A DNA stretch of 64,000 nucleotides from assembly GCA_024650005.2 (NCBI GenBank), contig CP122380.1:352001-416000 (forward strand), in the 5' to 3' direction. Shown piece after piece: positions 10,506 through 21,095 of the stretch; position 1 is the first letter of the stretch, and each line of letters begins with the position of its first letter. Source of the stretch: Candidatus Bathyarchaeum tardum. Its GTDB lineage: Archaea > Thermoproteota > Bathyarchaeia > Bathyarchaeales > Bathyarchaeaceae. The position numbers and the translations under genes are program-made. The notes beneath the pieces are model-generated. The model saw nothing but the letters and a program-made list of their open reading frames with translations, had not been told where the DNA came from and did not search any database.

Positions 10506-11321
10506 CTATGGCAGCAGGTCTTCAAACGCTACTGGGCGCATCAAGTCAACTGTCACAAGGTATTCGTCAGGAACTAAGTTGTTGTATAGCCAACCTTCTT
10601 CGCCATATTTTTCTAGTTGTATTTGGTCAACAAGTTCATTGTTTGTCAAAGTAACTATTGTTGATTCACCAGAAAATGTGACAAATCCTACTCTGTATAT
10701 GCTTATGGTTACTGTTTCTGCCTCTCTGAGAGCATCAACCTCCCGGTAGGTACCACTTGCACCTATAGAGCCTGTTCCGCTACCTCCTTTTGGCCATAAT
10801 ATTGAGACTCCTGTACTCCACTCGTTTCTTACCAGTCCGCCTCCGCCACCGTACGTAAGGTCAAAGCTGTTTGTGTCAAACCATTCATCACGCATGAAAC
10901 GGAAGTCTTTAAGCAAACTGCTAACATTGAATGAACTTTCAATGTTGGTTCCTACCATCCAGTGTTCCTTTTTAATGAGTTCTTTGTCAGAGATGATTTC
11001 TATCTGATAATATTCAAGTTGAGCATCAGCTTCCTGTTTTGTGGTATCTGCAGTTAATGTGAGGTTAAGTGCTATAATGTGTTGTTCACTAACTGAGTTT
11101 GTTTCATTCAAACCCGCTGTAAAGTTCGTCATCTCGGGGTGAAGGATTGGTCCATTGAGGGTTTCCCAGTACGCATAGGGCATGTCAATACTGAACCATG
11201 GTTCGGGTCCGTTGCTGGGTTGTGCTGTTGCAGACATCAAGAACGCTAATGGAAAGACTGCACTGACTCCGATAAGCAAGGCAGCAATACTGCATACTAT
11301 CAATTTTTTTTCGATTTTCAT
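10506..11321 (-). CDS. Secreted/surface hypothetical protein
   Basis: N-terminal signal/TM segment and acidic extracellular body. Confidence 0.75.
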   Translation of the reverse strand: MKIEKKLIVCSIAALLIGVSAVFPLAFLMSATAQPSNGPEPWFSIDMPYAYWETLNGPILHPEMTNFTAGLNETNSVSEQHIIALNLTLTADTTKQEADAQLEYYQIEIISDKELIKKEHWMVGTNIESSFNVSSLLKDFRFMRDEWFDTNSFDLTYGGGGGLVRNEWSTGVSILWPKGGSGTGSIGASGTYREVDALREAETVTISIYRVGFVTFSGESTIVTLTNNELVDQIQLEKYGEEGWLYNNLVPDEYLVTVDLMRPVAFEDLLP

Positions 11322-11511
11322 GTTTTTTCACATCTAAATTTGATGGAAGAATACGGTTATAATTCTCCCCGAAGAACAAAGTTGTTCTTGTCAAGAACAC
11401 CAAAAAATGTTATCTGTCCTTTGAAAACGTGTCATTTGATACGTGCTGTTAAAAAATTAAAATTTATATTGAAACCTTCATCAAACTATACCTAGAACAG
11501 GAAGTGTTGCT

Positions 11512-11964
11512 TTGTCGGGCGTGGGCATCAGCGGTCTGGAAGGCGTTACCCTTAACGTGTATTTATATGTGGTCAAAAAAGGCATTGTTGGTCCTCGAGA
11601 CGTAATGCGCGGCGTAAACCTTAGCAGTCCGAGTGTGGCGTATCGGCACTTACAAAAACTGGAAAATATGGGGTTAGTGACAAAAAATGAACTTGGTAAC
11701 TATGTTGCAACAAAAAAGGTTGGCATTCACGGTTATGTGTGGATTGGAAGACGGCTTCTTCCAAATCCCTTGATTTATGCTATGATTTTCTTTGGTGTAC
11801 TAATCGCAGAATTGCTTGTTTTCGTGATGCATGTTTCCTTTGAAACAGATCAATTCAAAACTTTCTTTCTGATAATAACAATAATAACAGTAGCTGCCTT
11901 GTCCTTGTTTTTAATTGAAGCTTGGAGAATGCACAGAAAAATCAGAATCTGCCCTCCAGATTAA
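11512..11964 (+). CDS. Winged-HTH protein with two C-terminal TM helices, paralog of 10060..10494
   Basis: GPRDVMRGVNLSSPSVAYRHLQKLE and GYVWIG; aligns visibly with the paralog. Confidence 0.82.
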   Translation: MSGVGISGLEGVTLNVYLYVVKKGIVGPRDVMRGVNLSSPSVAYRHLQKLENMGLVTKNELGNYVATKKVGIHGYVWIGRRLLPNPLIYAMIFFGVLIAELLVFVMHVSFETDQFKTFFLIITIITVAALSLFLIEAWRMHRKIRICPPD

Positions 11965-12064
11965 ACTCCAAGTAACCTTTAGACCCTTGTTCTTGCATCG
12001 GAACGGTCCTGTTCCGCAGAGAGAGCTAATATATGCTTTTTCATTGTTTTAAAATGATTGTAAG

Positions 12065-13003
12065 GTGTGTTTCATGCACAGATTCAAAGTAACAAAGACT
12101 GTTAATTCTATGTTAGTTTCCGTTTTAGTTTTCACTTTATGTTTAGGTTGTATACAAATCCCCCTGGTGCAGTGTGCGCAATCGTCTACCGTGGGGTTAT
12201 GGCATTTGGATGAAATTTTGCCTAGCGGTTATTCAACAATAACCCCTGATTCTACGGGTTACAATAATGGAACCGTAGGGGGCGACATAACAATTGTTGA
12301 AGGCAAATTCGACAAAGCCTTCAAATTCAAAACAAGTGGCTACGTTTACGTGCCGATTAGGTTTTTAGTAGGTTTTCCTCCTACTCCTGAACCCATTTAT
12401 GTGCCTATTTCTCCAAACTTGGACATCCAAGAAGAACTAAAAATAGAAGCATGGATAAACGTTCAAAGCTTTACAAACGCAACGTACAACAATATTGTAG
12501 TAAAATGCACCCGAAATGGTTCACTAGTAGAAGACGTCACTCGAGTTTTCGGGCTTGCCGTGAAACCTAGCCCCGAAAACAAGAATCTAGGCGTGCTTAG
12601 TGGCTGTGTAAACACTGATGCTTCAGGTTTTAACGAAATTCTAACAACAAAACCCGTAATTTCTTTGAACACATGGATTAACGTCGCCTTTACCCGAACA
12701 TCAACTGGACTGCACCTGTACGTGAACGGAGAAGAGCAAACAGTCACTGTGATAGAGGGTGTGCGAAATCCTGTTGGTTCCATACTAAATGGAACAGAAG
12801 TTTACATTGGGCACGACTCAGAAATGACCATCGACGAAGTCAAAATCAGCGACCTTGCTCCACAACAAATTCTAGCTTCCCAAATTGACATTGGAGACAA
12901 CTTGTTGATTGCAGTGATTGTGGTTGTTGTGGTTTTCTCTATCGCATGGGTTTTACGTAAAGCCATCCAAATGTGGGTGATCTACTCCAAAAGCCGAGAC
13001 TAA
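12065..13003 (+). CDS. LamG/concanavalin A-like surface protein with C-terminal TM anchor
   Basis: GLWHLDE, EGKFDKAF, IEAWIN, LYVNG and IDEVKIS motifs. Confidence 0.85.
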   Translation: MCFMHRFKVTKTVNSMLVSVLVFTLCLGCIQIPLVQCAQSSTVGLWHLDEILPSGYSTITPDSTGYNNGTVGGDITIVEGKFDKAFKFKTSGYVYVPIRFLVGFPPTPEPIYVPISPNLDIQEELKIEAWINVQSFTNATYNNIVVKCTRNGSLVEDVTRVFGLAVKPSPENKNLGVLSGCVNTDASGFNEILTTKPVISLNTWINVAFTRTSTGLHLYVNGEEQTVTVIEGVRNPVGSILNGTEVYIGHDSEMTIDEVKISDLAPQQILASQIDIGDNLLIAVIVVVVVFSIAWVLRKAIQMWVIYSKSRD

Positions 13004-13021
13004 CTTAGTTTACGTAAGGAA

Positions 13022-14203
13022 GTGTTATGTTTGGGTGTTGGCTTCAAACTTGTTCAGTTGTTGCTACGACAAAAACTAACTGGCAAAGGACTCAAAGGAA
13101 AAGCAGGAGCACCACAGATTGTGTCTTTTGCGGTCACTAAAGCGTGCAACCTTCAATGTTTACACTGTCATGCCGATGCCCGTGACGCATTCCCCAAAGA
13201 ATTGTCCCTCAAAGAAGCAACCCGAGCAATTGATGAACTGGCTTCTCTTGGAACTGAAGCCATAATGTTTACTGGCGGCGAACCTTTACTAAGAAAAAAG
13301 TTTGTTATACAACTCTCCAGGTACTGCACCGACATAGGAATCTTGCCTGCAATGCTCACAAACGGGGTTTTATTAAACCATAAAGTTGCGTATGAACTAA
13401 AAGAAGCCGGAATTTTGGCTGTAGGTATCCCTTTGGATTCTCCAGAAGCTGAACTCCACGATAAACTTCGAGCGGTTCCCGGAACCTTTGACAAAGCCCT
13501 GCGAGGCATCAGAGCTTGCAAAGACATGGATTTAGAAGTTGTTATTACCACGATGGCGTTGAAAAACAACTTTTGCACGGTTCCACAGATGATTGATTTA
13601 ATTTACGATCTAGATGTTGACCAAGTTGCCATATACGATTTGGTTCCTAATGGACGAGGAAAACAAATGATGGATGAAGTAATGCTTCCTGAACAACGAG
13701 AACAAGTAATCCGTTACCTTCAACAAGTCCAAGAAACAAAAGAGATGACGTTTTTGTTTTCGGGAGGGCTTCCTATGTATCCTGAAATCGTGGCAACAAT
13801 GCACAAAACAAGGGGAACCCGTGCGCCAGACTTGCTTTTGAAACAGTTTTGGATACACGCGCCAATAGGTTGCCCTGCGGGCATCAGCTACCTGAGTTTG
13901 CGACCTAACGGGGATGTGTACCCTTGTCCTTTTCTGCAAATCAAGGTTGGCAACATCCGTGAGCAGAGCCTTTCTGACATCTGGTACAGATCAGAAGTTC
14001 TAAGGTCCCTCAGAAACCGAAGCAACCTAAAAGGAGAATGCGGAAAATGTGAATACCGTCAAACCTGTGGAGGCTGCCGAGGCAGAGCTTACGCTGTTAA
14101 TGGTGACTACCTAGCAGAAGACCCAGTTTGCCTAAGAGATTTGATGAAAAAAGAAAGCGTCTACCCAAATAACGTGCAACGCTTTGGATGGTGTGTCGGG
14201 TGA
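13022..14203 (+). CDS. Radical SAM/SPASM domain protein (NirJ/Ahb-like family)
   Basis: CNLQCLHC, GGEPLL, and SPASM cysteines CPAG..PCP..CGKC..CGGCR..C. Confidence 0.9.
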   Translation: MLCLGVGFKLVQLLLRQKLTGKGLKGKAGAPQIVSFAVTKACNLQCLHCHADARDAFPKELSLKEATRAIDELASLGTEAIMFTGGEPLLRKKFVIQLSRYCTDIGILPAMLTNGVLLNHKVAYELKEAGILAVGIPLDSPEAELHDKLRAVPGTFDKALRGIRACKDMDLEVVITTMALKNNFCTVPQMIDLIYDLDVDQVAIYDLVPNGRGKQMMDEVMLPEQREQVIRYLQQVQETKEMTFLFSGGLPMYPEIVATMHKTRGTRAPDLLLKQFWIHAPIGCPAGISYLSLRPNGDVYPCPFLQIKVGNIREQSLSDIWYRSEVLRSLRNRSNLKGECGKCEYRQTCGGCRGRAYAVNGDYLAEDPVCLRDLMKKESVYPNNVQRFGWCVG

Positions 14204-14430
14204 TTCCTCTTCTTTGATGTTCTTTTTATGATTGCTACAAAAATTTTAATTTCACTAGACCTTTTTCTTTTTTGGTCTGCGTTTGAAATGACATCTTCCT
14301 AACCAGTTTCTAAGTCGTGACTGGCAATATCCATCAATGTTGTTTACACAGTGTTTTTGATTACATTTCACTTTTGTCCGCATCTGTTAATCTCCAAAAC
14401 TGGTCTTGAAAATTACAAAAAAGAGTCTGC

Positions 14431-15450
14431 TTAATCATTTCTTTTTTGTTTCAGACACATTTCAGGTCGGAATATGCCTTTTTCGGTTATTACTGCATCC
14501 ACATATTCTAAGGGTGTAATGTCAAAGGCAGGATTCAAAACTTTAATGCCTTCAGGAGCAATTCTTTCACAGCCGATGTTTGTTATTTCTGTTGGGCTTC
14601 TTTCTTCTATAACTGCATCTTCTGAAGACAGTGACTGATCCATGCTCGACATGGGTGCAGCTACATAGAACGGGATTCCGTGTTCTGATGCTAATACTGC
14701 AACGTTGTATGTTCCAATTTTGTTCAAAACCCCGTCCCGAACGATACGGTCTGCTCCAACAACTACTTTATCTACCATGCCTTGGGACATGACATAGCCC
14801 ACCATGGTGTCGCTGATTAAGGTCACTGGAATGTTGTCCCGCATTAACTCGTAACAGGTGAGTTTAGCTCCTTGTTGCCTTGGGCGGGTTTCACAGGAAA
14901 TTACTTGGATATTTTTTCCTTCTTCAATTGCAGCACGAATAACCCCAAGGGCTGTGCCGTAATCTACTGTAGCTAAACTGCCTGCGTTACAGTGAGTCAA
15001 AACAGTGTCCCCCTCTTCAATCAGCGTGGCACCAAATTTGCCCATTTTGCGATTAGTTTCAACGTCTTCATCTGCCATGATATTAGCTTCGTTCACAACC
15101 GCTTCAGCTATTTGTTCTTTGGTTCCTTTGGTTTCTTGAGCTTTCTTCATTACTCTATCGATTGCCCAAAACAGGTTTACAGCAGTGGGACGTGTGGTAC
15201 GCAAAAGGGCAGCAGATTCTTCTAACTCTATCAATAATTCTTCTCGGGTTTTTGCTATTGAATGAAAAGCAGTCAACGCCAAACCATACGCAGCCGACAC
15301 GCCTATTAGGGGTGCACCTCGCACTTGCATTTCTTTAATCGCGTAAGCCATGTCTTTATAGTTTTTCAGTTCCACCCAGACTTCTTGGTTGGGCAATTTT
15401 CTTTGATCAATTATGGTAACTATGCCGTTTTCCCATTCGATTGTTCGCAC
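14431..15450 (-). CDS. mtnA: S-methyl-5-thioribose-1-phosphate isomerase (eIF2B-like family)
   Basis: VRGAPLIG, RPTAVNL, THCNAGSLAT, ETRP, NKIGTY and NPAFDIT motifs. Confidence 0.92.
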   Translation of the reverse strand: MRTIEWENGIVTIIDQRKLPNQEVWVELKNYKDMAYAIKEMQVRGAPLIGVSAAYGLALTAFHSIAKTREELLIELEESAALLRTTRPTAVNLFWAIDRVMKKAQETKGTKEQIAEAVVNEANIMADEDVETNRKMGKFGATLIEEGDTVLTHCNAGSLATVDYGTALGVIRAAIEEGKNIQVISCETRPRQQGAKLTCYELMRDNIPVTLISDTMVGYVMSQGMVDKVVVGADRIVRDGVLNKIGTYNVAVLASEHGIPFYVAAPMSSMDQSLSSEDAVIEERSPTEITNIGCERIAPEGIKVLNPAFDITPLEYVDAVITEKGIFRPEMCLKQKRND

Positions 15451-15715
15451 AACTGAACACCGCTTTATGGGGAGTTAACCTTTGATAGGTAATATGTTTT
15501 CTGCTAAAAACGAGTTTTCAATTCCAGATTCGCCTGAAAAAAACTGTAAGGGATGTCCTGCATAAGACATTGTATTGGGGGTAAACCTATAGTTTAATTA
15601 CTGCCGTAGTTTTCCCAACAAATAGTGACTATGGGAAGTGCTCACAATCGGTGACGATGTGAAGGTTTTCATTTTTCCCTACCTACACTTCCCAATGTCC
15701 ACTCAAAAATATGAG

Positions 15716-16447
15716 TTAGATTTTTTTGTCGAGTTTAATTACAACCTCAATTGGACTGCCTTTTGGAAGCTTCAGATTTTCTTTCCAGTCATCCCCAACA
15801 GAGATAAGAGAATAAATTCCTGAAACTTCAGCTCGAGCTTTCTTAACAAAGTTAACTAAGGCTGCTTGGGTTTCCCCAGTTTTTATCATATCATCTACAA
15901 TTAGCACACTGTCTCGCCGTTTTATGGCCTCTTTGGGCAAATACAAGGTTAATGTGTAACCTGAATCTCGCAAAACATAGGTTTCTTCAAGAAACGCTGG
16001 AACACCCACTTCTTTGTTCCGTTTAGCAATCAACAAATCTACGCCTAACGAGTTTGCAACCATTGCTCCTAAGGGTACTCCATCAACTGCGGCAGTTAGA
16101 ACCTTTGTCACCCGACCCCCTGCAAAAGTTGCAAGAGCATGTTGGGCTGCTTGCTGCAGGATGTTATGGTCCCCTATAATCCATGTATTGTTAAAATATC
16201 CTGCTGAATTGAATTTTATTCGTCTGCGCAGTTCAGATTTCAGACCAACTAATTTAGTTAGAACCCCCCAGAGTTCTTTGGCGCGTTCAGCGTTGGGTAG
16301 AACATGACCTTTGGCGTATCTACTTAGAACTGTTACAGGCAGATTAGTTTTGGCGGATAATTCCCTGTAGGTATATTCTTTTTTTGCAGTGCGAAGCAAT
16401 TCAATAGTCATTAAACGGAGTTTCAAGTCTTCTGCATGTGTGTTCAT
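15716..16447 (-). CDS. HTH plus phosphoribosyltransferase-domain protein (archaeal PurR-like regulator)
   Basis: N-terminal TYRELS..LSRY HTH and PRT motif VLIVDDMIKTGET. Confidence 0.85.
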   Translation of the reverse strand: MNTHAEDLKLRLMTIELLRTAKKEYTYRELSAKTNLPVTVLSRYAKGHVLPNAERAKELWGVLTKLVGLKSELRRRIKFNSAGYFNNTWIIGDHNILQQAAQHALATFAGGRVTKVLTAAVDGVPLGAMVANSLGVDLLIAKRNKEVGVPAFLEETYVLRDSGYTLTLYLPKEAIKRRDSVLIVDDMIKTGETQAALVNFVKKARAEVSGIYSLISVGDDWKENLKLPKGSPIEVVIKLDKKI

Positions 16448-16544
16448 TTTTATCCCTTTAGTTTGTACACCAACAAATCAAATAACGCGTGTACAGACTA
16501 CCTATTTTAACTTGCGCAAATTTATAATTTCCGTATAACTGCGC

Positions 16545-17205
16545 AATCAAGTCGATTTTGTTGTTGTCATGCACAAACTTGGTCCTCAAATCCAAGTTAG
16601 CAAGATTGTTGTGTTGTTCAAATTTTTCCAGTTGCTGCTGGCTTTCTTTCCTTTAATAGTAAGGTCCAGTAAATCCCCTGCATGTGCATTGATTGTATGA
16701 ACAATGTGTTCTTTGACATTCCGGTATGCAATCAAGTTGTTGTAAAGCACTAAGTGCTGCAATGCCTTTCTATGGATTCCCTATTTTTCGTGATGTGAAA
16801 AGGATAATTCAGGTCCAGTGGATCTTTTTCTGTTTAGAACCAATTTTGACCGTGTGATGGTTGGGGCGTCCTGCACGTTCGCTTTCAGTGCTCTTTTCTT
16901 CATCGCTAACGTATATGGTGTAGTTGTGGTCGCAAGAAACCGTCAATGATGTGACTTTTCTGAGATTCTGTACAGGTTTGTTTGGGTCTATTCAATAGTC
17001 TATTATGGATAATCCGGGAGCAGCCCAGTCGTGTAGTCTTTTAAGGATGATTAACTCCTGGAGTTTCTCTTTTTAACTCATCTAGTATTCGGGAATTTTC
17101 TCGTTGCATTTAGGGTCAGTTCCTTGGCTTCATTAACTTAAGCCTTTAGGAATAATATCAAAGCCAACATCAGCCACGACACGTTTAGCTAACTGTTTTC
17201 GCATT
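16545..17205 (-). pseudogene. Decayed reading frame of uncertain family
   Basis: Protein-like fragments broken by stops and frameshifts (MRKQLAKRVVADVGFDII..., DPNKPVQNLRKVTSLTVSCDHNY); weak metallophosphoesterase resemblance; boundaries approximate. Confidence 0.3.
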
Positions 17206-18080
17206 GTAATAAAAATAGTCCAATCATTCATATTGGGCTGCCAAAAGAAACATCTGCTGTAATGCTGTAGATTCCTCGAGGATAATCAAAAGAGCTGTTG
17301 TTAGTTTTTGCTGTCAATTCGTCACCCAACGCAAATTCAGAGATTAATTTGGAGTTTAAATTTAAAAGTGATGTTACCTCTAGAAAGCAATAAGTAATAA
17401 TATGTAAAAAGAGCATATTTCTATCTGAAGCTTAATGAATAAGGGCGATCCAGTTTTATTGAAATGATTCTACTCCATTATTGGCGCAGCAACATCGTGG
17501 AAACGAAACTAAAGACATCGACATGTAGCCATAACCAAAAAAGATGATTCTAACGCTCTATGATAGCGTTATTTTACCACAAAAACCCTCGTAGAGAGGG
17601 AGACAATTAAAAAAACGGCATCCAAATAGCTATGCATAAAATAGTGAGAGCTGACTGAAACTAAAAATGAGAATTTGATTGCTGTTTATGGATTTTTTGC
17701 CTTTCTTCTATCTGTATTTCTTCTGTTATTGTGGTCATAAAATCTAAATGTATTTTCGTGCACACAAGCACGATTCAAAAAGCATCACTGAAAAACTCTG
17801 GCATATAACATTTTTTCCCTCAAAAAAATTATCTATAACTGCGAGCGCTATTTGTGTAACAAATCCTCTAACAATTCTTCTAATTCCTTAATATTCAAAT
17901 GCTCCATGAAAAAACTTCAATTCAGTAACATCTTAATAACCCATTACTTAATCATCCCAACAGAACTCTTCAATATTAACAACCAGTTTGCACAGTAAGA
18001 CAATGTCTTACATTCAAAACGTCGACCTTATGCGTGCACCCGTGAACCATTATTTGTACAATAAGGAGGGAATAATAAGA

Positions 18081-18362
18081 ATGAAAAGTAAAATGTTTAT
18101 GGATAAAGATGTTTTTGCGTTAGACGAGAAAATTGGTGAAGTCAAGGAAATAGAAATCGATCCTGAAGAGTGGAAAATCACACATCTTGAGATTCGGTTG
18201 ACAAAAGAAGCAGCTAATGAAATACTTGGAGCAAAAATGGAAATCAGCAACATGTTAGCTATTTCTGCCCTAGAAAAAGGAGTTGCACGTTGGACAGATG
18301 CGGGACTACACATTAAAGTATCAAAAGATCAACTTCACATCTATCTAAGACCAATAGATTAA
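18081..18362 (+). CDS. PRC-barrel domain protein
   Basis: KDVFALDEKIGEVKEIEIDPEEWKITHLEI pattern; AAGGAGG upstream. Confidence 0.8.
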   Translation: MKSKMFMDKDVFALDEKIGEVKEIEIDPEEWKITHLEIRLTKEAANEILGAKMEISNMLAISALEKGVARWTDAGLHIKVSKDQLHIYLRPID

Positions 18363-18379
18363 ACGTAGGGGAGTTTACT

Positions 18380-18538
18380 ATGAATACGTGGCTAATGATT
18401 GCTATCATTATTTTGGTACTGTGGGCACTTGGGTTCTTTGCTTTACCGGGCATAGGCTCATTGATACATATTCTGCTCGTGATTGCTGTAATCTTGGTGG
18501 TCTTTTGGCTGTTTACCGGCAAAAAGCTATGGAAATAG
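18380..18538 (+). CDS. lmo0937/DUF5670-like small membrane protein (52 aa, not in ORF track)
   Basis: MNTWLMIAIIILVLWALGFFALPGIGSLIHILLVIAVILVVFWLFTGKKLWK. Confidence 0.8.
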   Translation: MNTWLMIAIIILVLWALGFFALPGIGSLIHILLVIAVILVVFWLFTGKKLWK

Positions 18539-18625
18539 CCCAAAATCTCCTTTTTTTAACGTTTAGTCTAAACTAGCGAAGAATAAATCGGTGAAACAGA
18601 TTGTACCTTAGTAGGCGTAAATGAT

Positions 18626-18802
18626 ATGGCGGCTGTAAAAATTGTTGAGTTAATAGATAACTCAACAAAGGCTTTGGAAAACACTTCTAAGAATCCATTG
18701 GCAGAAGCGGCAAAGACAATTTGGATAGTGAAATGGTTGAACGATCCTGAAGCTGGGATGCCAGTTTTATCCACGATTTCATTATTGTTTTCGAAATCTT
18801 GA
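18626..18802 (+). pseudogene. Dodecin-family remnant
   Basis: MAAVKIVELIDNSTKALENTSKNPLAEAAKTI resembles the dodecin N-terminus; the C-terminal half is unrelated. Confidence 0.55.
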
Positions 18803-19317
18803 GTTCGGGGTTCGATTATCTTACCTTCGGAGTAATTCTTCTTGTTTTGCAAAGTCGGACAAATCTTTTTAGAACAGGCTGTTAATAGAATTGGATATTT
18901 CAGCAGATTGATTGTGCTGGTCATACGGAGTCAAAGATTTTTCTTTAAGAGTTTTCAGGGGAATTACCGATAGTGATAACTATTTTAGTGGCTGTTGGTG
19001 CCACGCTTATCTTTCCCTTTACTCTGTTTGGCATCCTATTCAGATTTTCTCCTCACGCCATTTCAAGTCTTCTTCTGATGGGGACAATCGCAGTGCTCCA
19101 TATCAGGGTAGGAGAAGTGATAAATGGAATCTTTTACAAATGTAAAAATTTTTTTCTAACATCCTGGAGTGCAAGTCGCATGAAAATGGTGATAAGATAT
19201 CAAAATGAACTGCCAGTAGAACTATGAAAGGAAGCGATTGAGCAAAAGGAAAAAACAGTGTCTTTAGTGCTAAAAAAATTAATTCGTTTAATAGATTGAT
19301 TTAAAAATAATATTTGA

Positions 19318-20358
19318 GTGATTTTCCAAATGAGAGGGGATATCGAATTTTCTGTCGGAGAAAAAAATACAATCTGCCGTTTGGAAACGTTATGGCTAGG
19401 TCTGAGGATATACCGTGGGCTATTATTAAACTTGTTTAAAATAAGGGCTCCGCTGTTTTGTGGGCACAAATTAACGTACAACTGCAACCTCCAATGTGGA
19501 ATGTGCCCCTTTTGGAAAAGATTCAGCAAAGATTTGAGCACAGAGAGTGAAAAAGCAATTCTAAGGCAAATTTTTGATTCGGGTGCTTGCGGGATTGCGT
19601 TTGAAGGCGGAGAACCTCTCCTGAGAAATGATTTGGTCGAAATTCTTGCTTTTTCTCGGTCGCTGCCTTTGCACACAAGCCTTGTCACTAATGGAACTCT
19701 TCTCGAATCCAGAATAGACGAGATAGCACCTTACATCAATGGCGCCCTTTATGTTTCGTTAGACGGTCTAGAAAAAACTCATGACACTATTAGAGGCGTT
19801 AGTGGCTGTTTTAGAAAAGCGGTAAAAGGCATAATAGCGGCTAGAGAGAAGGTCGCATTGACAATCAACACGACGATAATGGCTGAGAATATCCATGAGA
19901 TTGAAGATTTGGTGAAGTTAGCAAAAGAATTGGATGTAAAAATATCCGTGGCTCTAGCGTATGAGTACTGCAACTCCAAGGCGTACGCACCTGCCAGTCA
20001 TGAAATAAGAGAAACAGCTGGAAAACTTGTCGAGATGAAAAAGAAGGGTTATCCTCTTGTGAATTCAATCAGTTATTTTAAAGTCATTGCAAAAGAGAAA
20101 AAATGGACATGTAAACCTTGGGCGGTAGTTAATGTGAGTCCAGAGGGGAATTTGGTCTTGCCCTGTTATGTTCGGAATGACTACACGACTAGCGTTTCTG
20201 TTTTTGAAACAGACATCAAAACTGCAATCTCGGGATTTGACTGGGAAGAAACACAGAACTGCCAAAACTGTAGTCTCCATTGTTATGTAGAGCCATCTCT
20301 TGTGCTTTCATGGGATTTTCGTACTTACCTAAATTGGGGCTTCAAATTAAGGGTATGA
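19318..20358 (+). CDS. Radical SAM protein (PTO1314-like) with C-terminal Fe-S domain
   Basis: CNLQCGMC, GGEPLL, VSLDG and C-terminal CKPW..PC..CQNC..HC motifs. Confidence 0.88.
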   Translation: MIFQMRGDIEFSVGEKNTICRLETLWLGLRIYRGLLLNLFKIRAPLFCGHKLTYNCNLQCGMCPFWKRFSKDLSTESEKAILRQIFDSGACGIAFEGGEPLLRNDLVEILAFSRSLPLHTSLVTNGTLLESRIDEIAPYINGALYVSLDGLEKTHDTIRGVSGCFRKAVKGIIAAREKVALTINTTIMAENIHEIEDLVKLAKELDVKISVALAYEYCNSKAYAPASHEIRETAGKLVEMKKKGYPLVNSISYFKVIAKEKKWTCKPWAVVNVSPEGNLVLPCYVRNDYTTSVSVFETDIKTAISGFDWEETQNCQNCSLHCYVEPSLVLSWDFRTYLNWGFKLRV

Positions 20359-20582
20359 CTCGCGCCATCAAAGCGTATGTTAACGAACACGGAAAGAAAA
20401 GAAAAAACGCTAAAGAAGAACGTAATCAATCCAGCAACATCAGGCAACTGCTAAGCCAACTTTTACTAAGAACGATTAGCTGATTTTCTTGCAACAATCT
20501 TTTCTGTATTCCATCTTTTTTGCTACTGTGTTGCTTTACCCATTTATAACCGGCCAAAACTAATTAACTGTCTTTTCTTCAG

Positions 20583-21095
20583 TTAGAAGTGGTTCATGAT
20601 AAAATTTCTAACAGTTTGATGGTTAGCCAAAAGTTCGATGATCTTTTTTGTAGTTTTGGTTATTTGAACATCAAAAAATCTTGTTATAACCAACGAAATA
20701 ATAAACACAAACATACCTACAACAAGCATCCCAACAGAGTCTATCAAGCCAACAAACCATACGAAAAGAAATGTAATTACCCCGCCTATCATTCCCATTA
20801 ACAATGATCTTATGATGAAATAAAGTCTATTCAACCAGGTAGAAAACAATAGAACCTTTATCACTGCCCTTTTCTCGATTTCACTTTCATCGCCACTGCT
20901 GTGCTTTGCAACACCTTCTATCTGCTCCAATACCCTCTTTGCGTAATGAATGTCGGATAAATGCAACATCATCTTTGCATAACGAACTTCGGATAAATCC
21001 TTGGAACTTGCGCTTTGAAGCTCTAACAAAATCCTTTGGGATATTTCCTCTATTTCAGCATCCACTTTTTCTATTTTAGCCGCTTTACTTTCCAT
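20583..21095 (-). CDS. Hypothetical membrane protein
   Basis: Helical N-terminus plus two TM segments; overlaps the upstream ORF. Confidence 0.7.
   Translation of the reverse strand: MESKAAKIEKVDAEIEEISQRILLELQSASSKDLSEVRYAKMMLHLSDIHYAKRVLEQIEGVAKHSSGDESEIEKRAVIKVLLFSTWLNRLYFIIRSLLMGMIGGVITFLFVWFVGLIDSVGMLVVGMFVFIISLVITRFFDVQITKTTKKIIELLANHQTVRNFIMNHF

Noticed and set aside
13022-14203. Radical SAM/SPASM enzyme as a RiPP maturase
   Set aside because: No adjacent precursor peptide, PqqD/RRE domain or transporter was seen; the sequence fits the NirJ/Ahb-like family.
18805-18816. CGGGGTTCGA as an att-site copy of the tRNA-Arg T-arm
   Set aside because: Only ~10 bp long and in inverted orientation relative to the tRNA, so compatible with chance.
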